Shown here: positions 47,272-55,652 of the stretch, piece by piece
How positions within the stretch are numbered: position 1 is the first letter of the stretch
Layout: each line of letters opens with the position of its first letter
Origin: an uncultured virus (IMG/VR IMGVR_UViG_3300025085_003231)
Taxonomy: Duplodnaviria; Heunggongvirae; Uroviricota; Caudoviricetes
Length of the DNA: 64,000 nt
Strand: one strand, 5' to 3'
Virus record (IMG/VR): IMGVR_UViG_3300025085_003231
Program-made: the position numbers and the translations under genes
Notes under the pieces: model-generated
Databases searched by the model: none
The model's input: the letters and a program-made list of their open reading frames with translations, nothing else
Told to the model about the DNA's origin: nothing

Positions 47272-48510
47272 CTATTTAAGATTGCGAATCAAAGTCCACG
47301 CACCAGCCGAAGCCATCACCGTTCCGACAATTGCTAACAAAGGTGTGCGACGAGTGTTCCGATTAGACAAATCTGAGGCAGGGTCGTATTCTACTTGAGG
47401 ACGAGAATCTATGGATTCTGCCGTCCAAGAATTAGCGACTTTAGATTTCAATAATTCATCTTCGGGAGCCACATCTAAATTAGGATAAAAACTGGCTGCT
47501 TCTCGGAGGCGGTCGCGGGGTGATGGGCTCTGAGTGGGAACTGATGGAGCAGAGTGTTCAGGAATTGCAGCCATATTTTCTGGGGCTGACATTGACTCTA
47601 ATTGAGATAAATCAGAAATTTCAGAGATGGACGAGGGAATTGGGTTAGCAGTTCCAGCGTGTTCACCATAATTGGCTTGCACATCAATGTTGTTTCCTTT
47701 GTGTTCTACTCGTCGGTCACCACGAATCTTATCTACCACAATATATCCTCGGTCTCGGAAAAATTCTGGGGCATAAGCCACACACTCTCCTTTGCGAGCC
47801 GCTGCAATACCATTAAGTAATCGTTTCACTACCTTTTTATCAGTTCCGAAACTCAGTTGTTCGTCCAAAGCCTTGAGGTCACGATTGTTGATAACATTGT
47901 GAACCAGATAAATTGAGGCTTGAGATAGTGCTTCCTTGTTCACACCAGCAGGTCGCTGGCTCACCAGAGTAGCACCATAACCCAATGCTCGTCCTAATTT
48001 GCATAAGCGCACGATAGGGTCAAAAGAAACGGGTCTTCCCATTTGAGGGATAAAGTCTTGACACTCTTCAACTACGGTGTGAATACCTTTGCCAAGATGT
48101 GCCTCTAACAAGGCTTCACAGTAATCTGCTACCAATTCTTGTTGAGTCAATAGTGGTAATCCTGCGAGTTTGATAACCAATGATTTACTGGTTTCTCCCA
48201 ATCTTTTAACCAAGGCTTTCATATCTACGGATTGTCCAATCGCAGGGGTTAAACCTTCAACTCCTTCTAAGTCAGGGAGGTTTCCGTGAGCATCCAGAGC
48301 ATCAAAACAAACAAATTGCAGTCCTAAACGGTTAAACTCTTCCATCATTACCGCAGTAGTCCATGATTTACCAGACCCACGCTTTCCTGTGACAAAAAAT
48401 ACGGATGAGATGACGGAATCCTCACCATATGCAGGGAGGTGTAGATGTTTCCCCAAAACAACTTGTTTCGGGTCTATGCCATTATCTTGTATAAAATTCA
48501 TAACGCCCAT
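47272..48510 (-). CDS. HerA/FtsK-superfamily ATPase (candidate packaging ATPase) with a C-terminal TM
   Basis: GKRGSGKS, FVCFD, Walker B TVVEECQ, GRALG..LVSQRPA; WTAE, then LLAIVGTVMASAGAWTLIR. Confidence 0.85.
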   Translation of the reverse strand: MGVMNFIQDNGIDPKQVVLGKHLHLPAYGEDSVISSVFFVTGKRGSGKSWTTAVMMEEFNRLGLQFVCFDALDAHGNLPDLEGVEGLTPAIGQSVDMKALVKRLGETSKSLVIKLAGLPLLTQQELVADYCEALLEAHLGKGIHTVVEECQDFIPQMGRPVSFDPIVRLCKLGRALGYGATLVSQRPAGVNKEALSQASIYLVHNVINNRDLKALDEQLSFGTDKKVVKRLLNGIAAARKGECVAYAPEFFRDRGYIVVDKIRGDRRVEHKGNNIDVQANYGEHAGTANPIPSSISEISDLSQLESMSAPENMAAIPEHSAPSVPTQSPSPRDRLREAASFYPNLDVAPEDELLKSKVANSWTAESIDSRPQVEYDPASDLSNRNTRRTPLLAIVGTVMASAGAWTLIRNLK

Positions 48511-48558
48511 TATGTTTTTGTGCTTCTTGTTATTTGAACCTATCGGTCTATGAGAGCC

Positions 48559-49743
48559 TCAGTTATAATCTCCGTCTGGATGAGTTAATCGCACTAATGC
48601 GGCAAATGTTCCTGCTAATGTTATCATCCCGTCTCCTCGGTCGGGAGCCAACATAACTGCTTTGAAGAATTGTCCCATATCGGGACCCGTATGAGGCCAA
48701 ACAGGTAATCCTGAAATAACAACACTGCTGGGTCTTACGGCCATAGGGAGGTCAATTCCAGCGGCTTTTGAATAACCTACTTCGGCTTGCAACCTCATGG
48801 TTCCTGGGAAATAAGTCCATTCTCCTGTGGCTATGGTTCCTCGGTAACTACCTGAATCATAATCTTGTCCTCCGCCTGTGTTTCGCATGGTTCCACCAAA
48901 ATATGGGATAATCTGGTCCTCAAAATTTTGTGAACCTATTCCGACATAAAAAACAGGGCCATAAGAACGCATATACTGGTCTAATGGAACATTGTTTTCA
49001 AATTCCAAGGTTGCCCAATGCTGACGATACCAATCATAACAAGTGTCGCTAAAACAAATTGTAACTGCTCTGTCTATCTTTAATCTCTCTCCATCGGGAG
49101 TGGGAATTCCTCCTTTCATACCATCACAAGCAATTTGACATCCTGATGAATGCAGGGCTTGTCCTGAAGGAACAAACGCTTGAGAATTACTTCCTAACAA
49201 AAATTCTAATGCACCATCGTAATCATCAGAAGGTCCAGGCCAATCCACATGACCTACTTCATTAAAAGAGTAGAGGGCAAAATGAGATTTAGATGATTTA
49301 CACTGAGCCACCACAATTGCTGCTAAGGCACGAGCCAAGTCACATTTCAAAAGCGTGGTGCCGTTGAAAGTTCCTGCAACTTGATTCATTCCTTCACTGC
49401 GGTCCATAACCAATTGCACGAAAGTATTATAACTGGTATCTCCTGTGACGGCGGGAGACATAGCCGTAGCCTGTGCTTCTCCTGAGCCAATCGCAATAGC
49501 GGGATTTGGGCCTGTGGTAGATTCAATTAACTCTCCTTGAGATTGACCCATAACATAAACATTTTGTCCTTCTGGTGCTTCTGAACCCTTGAATGTCAAA
49601 ACCTTGACGAAATCGGCCATACCTGCAAAAAAGGCAGCCGCAGGATTTTGGAACTCTACCATTTGAGGGTCATTGGTAGGAATCTGCGACTGTCTGGTAA
49701 ATATATATGGGTTATCGTCTGCTCCGCCTGTTTGTCCACTCAT
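48559..49743 (-). CDS. VWA-like protein, paralog A
   Basis: VQLVMDRSEGM (degenerate DxSxS), ALYSF, ICFSD, FYVGIG. Confidence 0.65.
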   Translation of the reverse strand: MSGQTGGADDNPYIFTRQSQIPTNDPQMVEFQNPAAAFFAGMADFVKVLTFKGSEAPEGQNVYVMGQSQGELIESTTGPNPAIAIGSGEAQATAMSPAVTGDTSYNTFVQLVMDRSEGMNQVAGTFNGTTLLKCDLARALAAIVVAQCKSSKSHFALYSFNEVGHVDWPGPSDDYDGALEFLLGSNSQAFVPSGQALHSSGCQIACDGMKGGIPTPDGERLKIDRAVTICFSDTCYDWYRQHWATLEFENNVPLDQYMRSYGPVFYVGIGSQNFEDQIIPYFGGTMRNTGGGQDYDSGSYRGTIATGEWTYFPGTMRLQAEVGYSKAAGIDLPMAVRPSSVVISGLPVWPHTGPDMGQFFKAVMLAPDRGDGMITLAGTFAALVRLTHPDGDYN

Positions 49744-49752
49744 AATATCACT

Positions 49753-51021
49753 TCACTCATAATCTCCGTCAGGATGGGTCATGCAAACTAAATCTGCAAA
49801 TGTTCCTGCTAATGTTATCATCCCGTCTGCTCGGTCAGGAGCCAACATAACACATTTGAAAAATGATTCCATATCCACTCCGTTGTGCGGCCAAGTTTCT
49901 GGTAGTTCATTACCATCCGAATGGCTTCTTGAAGAGGTGATGTTAATTCCATTAGCCCGACTCCAACAAACTTCGGCAGCCAATCGCATAGTTCCTGGGA
50001 AATAAACCCAATCTCCTCCTCGTCCCATTGGGTCATAGGGCAAACGGTCATTTTCTGAATCATACTGATAGGGAGCATAATCATTATACAAAGCGTCTTG
50101 CTGCTCGGTGCGACCTCCGCCTGTGTTTCGCATGACTCCTCCAAAATAAGGAATAATCTGGTCTTCACGACCTCCGCCCGAAGGAGATACTCCAACATAA
50201 TAAACAGGACCTTTGGTTCGCATATACTGGTCTAATGGAACATTGTTGTTAAATTCTAAAGAATCCCAATGTTGCATCGGCCAGTTGTAACATTGATTGG
50301 AAAATACAATTGAGACGGCACGGTCTATATTCAACCTATTGCCTTCCAAATCAAATCCTGAGAACATATAATCGCAAGCGGTTTGACAACCAGAACCTGG
50401 TTCATGTCCTGCTATTATCTCTCCGCTTATGCTTCGGGTCTCAGGAACAAACGCTTGAGAATTACTTCCTAACAAAAATTCTATGGCTCCGTCGTAATCT
50501 TGAGAAGGTCCAGGCCAATCAACATATCCTGTCCAACTATATGAAAACAGACAAAAATGTGATTTAGTAGCACGGCACTGTTCTACGGCAATAGCGGCTA
50601 ATGCTCTTCCTAAATCCCAGAGAAGCATGGTTTGTCCGTTGTAAGTTCCTGCCACATTGTCCATTCCTACGCTGCGGTCCATAATAATTGCTACCAAAGT
50701 ATTGTATTCTTCAGTTTGAGTTGGGATAATCATAGAAGAACGAGCCTGTGCTTCACGAGCCGCAATAGCCAGACCTGGATTCGGTCCCGCAGTATCTTCT
50801 TTAAATTCTCCTTGTGATTGACCCATAATGAATGCAGTGGTGCCTATTTGTTCGTTCGCAGGTCGGGTTTTCATAACTCGCACAAAATCTGCCATTCCGT
50901 CAAAGAAAGCAGCCGCAGGATTTTTAAAGTTTATCATTTCTGGGTCGCCCATATTCCGACGGCCAATCTGTTCGGTAAAAACATATGGATTATCGTCTGT
51001 GCCGCCTGTTTGCCCACTCAT
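49753..51021 (-). CDS. VWA-like protein, paralog B
   Basis: VAIIMDRSVGM; colinear with paralog A. Confidence 0.65.
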   Translation of the reverse strand: MSGQTGGTDDNPYVFTEQIGRRNMGDPEMINFKNPAAAFFDGMADFVRVMKTRPANEQIGTTAFIMGQSQGEFKEDTAGPNPGLAIAAREAQARSSMIIPTQTEEYNTLVAIIMDRSVGMDNVAGTYNGQTMLLWDLGRALAAIAVEQCRATKSHFCLFSYSWTGYVDWPGPSQDYDGAIEFLLGSNSQAFVPETRSISGEIIAGHEPGSGCQTACDYMFSGFDLEGNRLNIDRAVSIVFSNQCYNWPMQHWDSLEFNNNVPLDQYMRTKGPVYYVGVSPSGGGREDQIIPYFGGVMRNTGGGRTEQQDALYNDYAPYQYDSENDRLPYDPMGRGGDWVYFPGTMRLAAEVCWSRANGINITSSRSHSDGNELPETWPHNGVDMESFFKCVMLAPDRADGMITLAGTFADLVCMTHPDGDYE

Positions 51022-51030
51022 CTTATCGCC

Positions 51031-54000
51031 TCAGTATCGGTAATCTCCACCTTCAACAAGTTCGGCTCTGAATCTTAATGCCCACTTCCACCATCCAGGA
51101 GGGATAGTGACTTCTCTGGCTCGGCCACCTTCATCAGCAACACTATCAATTCCTGGTTCGGTTTCCCAAGCGACAGCACCCTCAAAATATCCTTGTGATA
51201 ATCCGCTGGTTCGGGAGGGTAATAGTTGTAAATCTCCAGAAGGGGATATTAAATTGTCAAGAGATTGTAATTGACCTGTGTTAATATAGTGCTGAATAGC
51301 AGCATATCCTGGATAATATCTTCCTGTTTGCAGGGCTTCTAACAGTGTGCTTGCTTCTCCACGAACTGCCGCAGCCTGTCCTACTTGAGAAATTGCTTCA
51401 CATTCTCGGCAAAGATAATAACGAACTGCGATTCCTTGTTGTGGAACTTCTGATGTTTCCACCAATTGAATACGGTGCGAGCCTTGAATGATAGCATTGT
51501 TGCCTCCTGGCGCACGAGCAGCCAAGATAGCCGCTAAACCACCGTTGGCTCTTCCTGTCCAATCTTGAACTAATTGATTTGCAGGGATTTCTCTATCATT
51601 GATGTGGCAGTAATCATATCCTGTTTCGCTCTGAATCTCATAATCAGAAGGGATGTTATTATCCATCATGTATTGCAACGAAGCATTCATCGGAACTCCT
51701 GTTAATCCAGGCCCAGACCAATTTACGCTTCCTGATTCCATAACTCCTGTGACATCGGGGAATTGGGTCCATCGTGGAGTTTTATTGCCTCGTTGGTCGG
51801 TGACCATAGGGGATATATCAATCCATCGGCCCTGAATGAGAGAGAAGTATGCTTCCGCAGACTTGCCTTCGGTAACGGCAAAGGTATAATTATTAGGGGC
51901 TCCTGAACAACAACTCATAGACCCTGCTGCTCCCGCAGCGGTCAGAGGATTTTTAACTATTTCGGCTACTCTTGGTGCGGTAAAAATGGTAACTTCTGTG
52001 GGTCTGCCCGTAGCAGCGTCTAAATTTCCTGCGGCTCGGACAACGGGATTAGAAATAGTAATGACTCCTCCAGTAATTGCTACGGCTTGAGTTCCCACAG
52101 GTATTCCATCAGCATTAAGATAATCTCCGACAGCAATTTTTTCGGGATTGCTAACTACCAGTGTGGTATCTCCTTCACTGTATTCGGCGGTGATTAGAGT
52201 TTGATTTTCGTTGAGGGATTCGGCAGAAGGAACAGGTGCAGAAGTGGTGCTGTTGTTAGTAATCCATTCTGCTTCGTATGTTAGTGGGCCTTGTCTTTCG
52301 TTAGGACAAGTAAATCCTTCAATATTCCTATCTGAAACGGGTTGCGGTGGTTGGGGTGTGAACTGAGTTGGGATGACATCGCCCATATAGACTTGAGGGA
52401 GTTCCAGACGAAGATTGTATCTTTCCTGCGTGTCTACTTGTGATTTCAAAACTAAACTCCATTGAGGTCGGTCGGCAAATGCTTGTGCTATCATTGCTCC
52501 GTTAGGCAAAATACCGACTGAATCTTCTGCGGTAAGTGGCTGCCGATTCATAATGGTGTATGGCATCGGAGGCATAATAAAATTCTGTGGGTGAGGTTCA
52601 ATAAATTTAGCGTCACCATTAACTCCACAAGTGGGACAATAATCCATAGCCTGTCCTCGGCCATCAATCAATGGCTGGTAATTTGTCTGTTCTCGGGCAT
52701 TTGAACCAGGATATTGCCATCCAACATTTTTATGGTCTGGATTTTTACAAACTGCCATTATTGACCGAACGAAAGCATACCGACACATAGAGAGTGCGAA
52801 CGATGCAGGGAAAGCATTCTTTTGACGAAGTGTTTGTAATTGCTTAATTGCCTCATGTGCTGCGGTTGCATTTCTAACAGCAACAGTGCCAAACTCTGCA
52901 TAAACCGCTCGTATAGCATCATCTTGGACAGCACCACGAGCATAAGTAGCGTAATCCGAAGACTCACCACTTCCTGAACTTATGCCTCTAAAACCGCCCG
53001 TTCGCCCTAATTGACGAGTAGTTTGGGACATACCCTCTGCCTGTGCCGCCCGTATTCTGTTGTAGACCATGAGTTGTTCATCTGTTAATGCTTGGATTTT
53101 GAGCATAGGTTCAAAAACTCCACCACAATTACAACCGAAAAATCCATCCAATCCTGCATAACTTCGCTGAACATCACCGATATTACGACATAATCCTCCG
53201 TGTTGGTCGCCCTGATACTGAGATTGATTAAAGTAGGTTTTACGAGGATAAATATCAAAATTAGTATTAAAGTCTGCATTTACGGGTGCAAACCTTTCAA
53301 TTCCACAAGAGTTACAGACATAGGCATTAGGTCGTGAGTTATTTCGGTCTTTAGTAGAGGTATATCCTACTTGAAGATAAGGAATATATTTCAAACATTC
53401 GGCTTGAGTAGTGAGGTAGGTGTTTTCAGGAGGCAAACCTTGATAATAAATACGATAAAATGCTTGAGAAGATGCAGAATCCTCTACAAACTTGGCGTTA
53501 TTGATAATACCTACCATGTTAGGTGGCATTTCCGAATTTGCTCCTCTAATCGGTGCGCCATTGACAAACTGTGATGTTGTTTCTGTGGAATCATCACGAT
53601 GTCGCTGTCCTGTGGTCCAATAATCTCGGAGTGGGTGGCTGGTATTAACCTTGAAAATAGCATAACTTTCGGTTCCACAACCTCCGACTCTTTTAGGTGT
53701 GCTGGAACTACAATATGGGCTGGGACATCTGCCCGAGCCTCTCCAAGTGGTTCCACATCCTCCATTTTCTGGGTCGCAAGTATTAACTTGATTGCATTTA
53801 ACTCGTCCCACAACTACTTGAAATCTTTCTCCACGGTATGTTGGGTCGTGTAGATTTCGTTGCCATTGCTCTAATCCGACTGACGAGCCCCAATTAGCAG
53901 GGTTGTTGTAAAGTCCAAAATCTGTGAACTCCCACCACCACAAGAAATCTCTTCGGCCACAACCTCGTGTTTTAGAAGCATCAGGCCCTGTGGCACCACC

Positions 54001-54297
54001 ACCAGTTCTTCCTGCCTCTCCAAATGCTACGGGATTACAAACAAAAATACCTGAATCTCCTGCATTACTGGTCTGAACATGAGTATTTCCTGTGAGGAAT
54101 CGTCGCATCATCATTACAATTCGGGGTGCATTAGACTTGAAATTGCTAACTATTTCAGGCATCTGGGTATTTGCGGTTGCCAAACGATTGGGAGAGTTCC
54201 TTCGGGAACCAGGATTTTTAAGATAAATTAAATCATAAATGTCTCGTAAAATTCGGACACCGATAGGTCTGTTAATTGGATTATCTCTATATCCCAT
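51031..54297 (-). CDS. Large Cys-rich protein of unknown function
   Basis: 1088 aa with many CxxC-type pairs; a TTLVV..IAVGD..GIPVGT..ITISNP beta module. Confidence 0.75.
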   Translation of the reverse strand: MGYRDNPINRPIGVRILRDIYDLIYLKNPGSRRNSPNRLATANTQMPEIVSNFKSNAPRIVMMMRRFLTGNTHVQTSNAGDSGIFVCNPVAFGEAGRTGGGATGPDASKTRGCGRRDFLWWWEFTDFGLYNNPANWGSSVGLEQWQRNLHDPTYRGERFQVVVGRVKCNQVNTCDPENGGCGTTWRGSGRCPSPYCSSSTPKRVGGCGTESYAIFKVNTSHPLRDYWTTGQRHRDDSTETTSQFVNGAPIRGANSEMPPNMVGIINNAKFVEDSASSQAFYRIYYQGLPPENTYLTTQAECLKYIPYLQVGYTSTKDRNNSRPNAYVCNSCGIERFAPVNADFNTNFDIYPRKTYFNQSQYQGDQHGGLCRNIGDVQRSYAGLDGFFGCNCGGVFEPMLKIQALTDEQLMVYNRIRAAQAEGMSQTTRQLGRTGGFRGISSGSGESSDYATYARGAVQDDAIRAVYAEFGTVAVRNATAAHEAIKQLQTLRQKNAFPASFALSMCRYAFVRSIMAVCKNPDHKNVGWQYPGSNAREQTNYQPLIDGRGQAMDYCPTCGVNGDAKFIEPHPQNFIMPPMPYTIMNRQPLTAEDSVGILPNGAMIAQAFADRPQWSLVLKSQVDTQERYNLRLELPQVYMGDVIPTQFTPQPPQPVSDRNIEGFTCPNERQGPLTYEAEWITNNSTTSAPVPSAESLNENQTLITAEYSEGDTTLVVSNPEKIAVGDYLNADGIPVGTQAVAITGGVITISNPVVRAAGNLDAATGRPTEVTIFTAPRVAEIVKNPLTAAGAAGSMSCCSGAPNNYTFAVTEGKSAEAYFSLIQGRWIDISPMVTDQRGNKTPRWTQFPDVTGVMESGSVNWSGPGLTGVPMNASLQYMMDNNIPSDYEIQSETGYDYCHINDREIPANQLVQDWTGRANGGLAAILAARAPGGNNAIIQGSHRIQLVETSEVPQQGIAVRYYLCRECEAISQVGQAAAVRGEASTLLEALQTGRYYPGYAAIQHYINTGQLQSLDNLISPSGDLQLLPSRTSGLSQGYFEGAVAWETEPGIDSVADEGGRAREVTIPPGWWKWALRFRAELVEGGDYRY

Positions 54298-54301
54298 AAT
54301 A

Positions 54302-55615
54302 TCACCGTGCCAAATCCTCGTTTATTCCTACTCCACCAGCCTCAAGTGTGGAGGCATGAAGTGTGTAACTAACATCTTGTAACCACTGGTAAGCAGCCTC
54401 GTCACCTTTTCTTCCACTATATCCTTCTGGACGGGTGGCATAGTTAGCCGCCCATTCCATCACCAATAAAAATCTAACTTCAAAACCATTGCGTTGTTGC
54501 GCCTCGCCCATCAACCCACGATAATTAAACCAATATCCATAGGTTTGTTTAGCAGGAAGTCCTGTGTCGGGACATATTTCTCTACAATATCTGGCTGGAA
54601 TCCACTTTCCATTGATTCGGTAAGCCATAATTGGTTCAAATCCATCAAAACTGGTGCGATTATCATAGGTCATTGCGGCTTCCACCACTTGAATTCCTGG
54701 GGTGAAAGTTCCTTCTATAACAGTAGGTTCCGAGCAGATTTCACACACACCTGCGGTAGTCTGGAATCCTTGATATTGCGAGCAAGAGGAACAATAATGG
54801 CTGGTAATTCGGCTTGCTATTTCTACGGAGTTCCAGTTATTCGGGAATGGCTGTCCTGTATCTGGATTGTCGTTTTGAATGCACCAACTAACAGGAGGGT
54901 AAATCTGAGGTCCTCGGCCATAACCCATCAATTGTTGAAAAAGTGGGGTCTCCGCAGTAGCGATAGAAGCATTTCCTGACTCTCCAGGATTGAAATCTCC
55001 TTGAATTAGTCCTGTTGATGCAGGAGGTATGTAGCGATTGTCCTCCACAGGCTGTCCATAAGAATTTTGTCCGTTCTGTAAAACTCGTGCTAATGCTTGT
55101 CTTCCGCTTTCATCTGAGTAAGGAGTTCCGCAGATACGGAAAAAACTGTCGGCAAAATGTCCATAACTCAAAGTTTTTATCATCTCTCTTCCAAAAGCCG
55201 TATCTTCAATAAAATTGTTGCCTCGGCTGACATTGAAATTGACGATAATATCTGAAATCACATTGCTCCAATCAAATTGTTCGTGAGCATCCACAGGAAG
55301 GTCTCTAACTTCGGCTTTCCAATCTGAAACACGGCCTGGGTGAACGGTAATATGTCCTATCTCGTGCGCTACTGTGAAAGCAACTCCCGCCGCAATATAT
55401 TCGCTGGGGAATCCATGATAATTCTGGGGTAGTGTCCATGAAACATAGTTCTGACCTAATGAAATCATTTTCATATCCGTAGCAGCACCATGCTGGTCGC
55501 TTCTTTTAATATCTACTGGTGTGTTGGTAGTTCCTGTCAAAGCCCGAAGGCTGGTGAGCAACTCTTGAACATTTTCTCCCAAATGGTAATCTCCATCACG
55601 GAATACTTCGTCCAT
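54302..55615 (-). CDS. HExxH putative metallopeptidase (DUF2201_N-like) with Zn-ribbon inserts
   Basis: AATD..FTVAHEIGH..NVISDIIVN; promoter at 55638-55644. Confidence 0.7.
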   Translation of the reverse strand: MDEVFRDGDYHLGENVQELLTSLRALTGTTNTPVDIKRSDQHGAATDMKMISLGQNYVSWTLPQNYHGFPSEYIAAGVAFTVAHEIGHITVHPGRVSDWKAEVRDLPVDAHEQFDWSNVISDIIVNFNVSRGNNFIEDTAFGREMIKTLSYGHFADSFFRICGTPYSDESGRQALARVLQNGQNSYGQPVEDNRYIPPASTGLIQGDFNPGESGNASIATAETPLFQQLMGYGRGPQIYPPVSWCIQNDNPDTGQPFPNNWNSVEIASRITSHYCSSCSQYQGFQTTAGVCEICSEPTVIEGTFTPGIQVVEAAMTYDNRTSFDGFEPIMAYRINGKWIPARYCREICPDTGLPAKQTYGYWFNYRGLMGEAQQRNGFEVRFLLVMEWAANYATRPEGYSGRKGDEAAYQWLQDVSYTLHASTLEAGGVGINEDLAR

Positions 55616-55652
55616 GAACTTAATTGGGTCTTGCTGCTATTTAAAAGTTGTC

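Noticed and set aside
16734..48510. C-terminal anchors as archaeosortase PGF-CTERM or LPXTG signals
   Set aside because: TM plus basic tail is present, but no PGF, PEF or LPXTG motif precedes it
48559..51021. DGR template/variable repeat pair
   Set aside because: Both copies are full genes with indels, and there is no reverse transcriptase in the window
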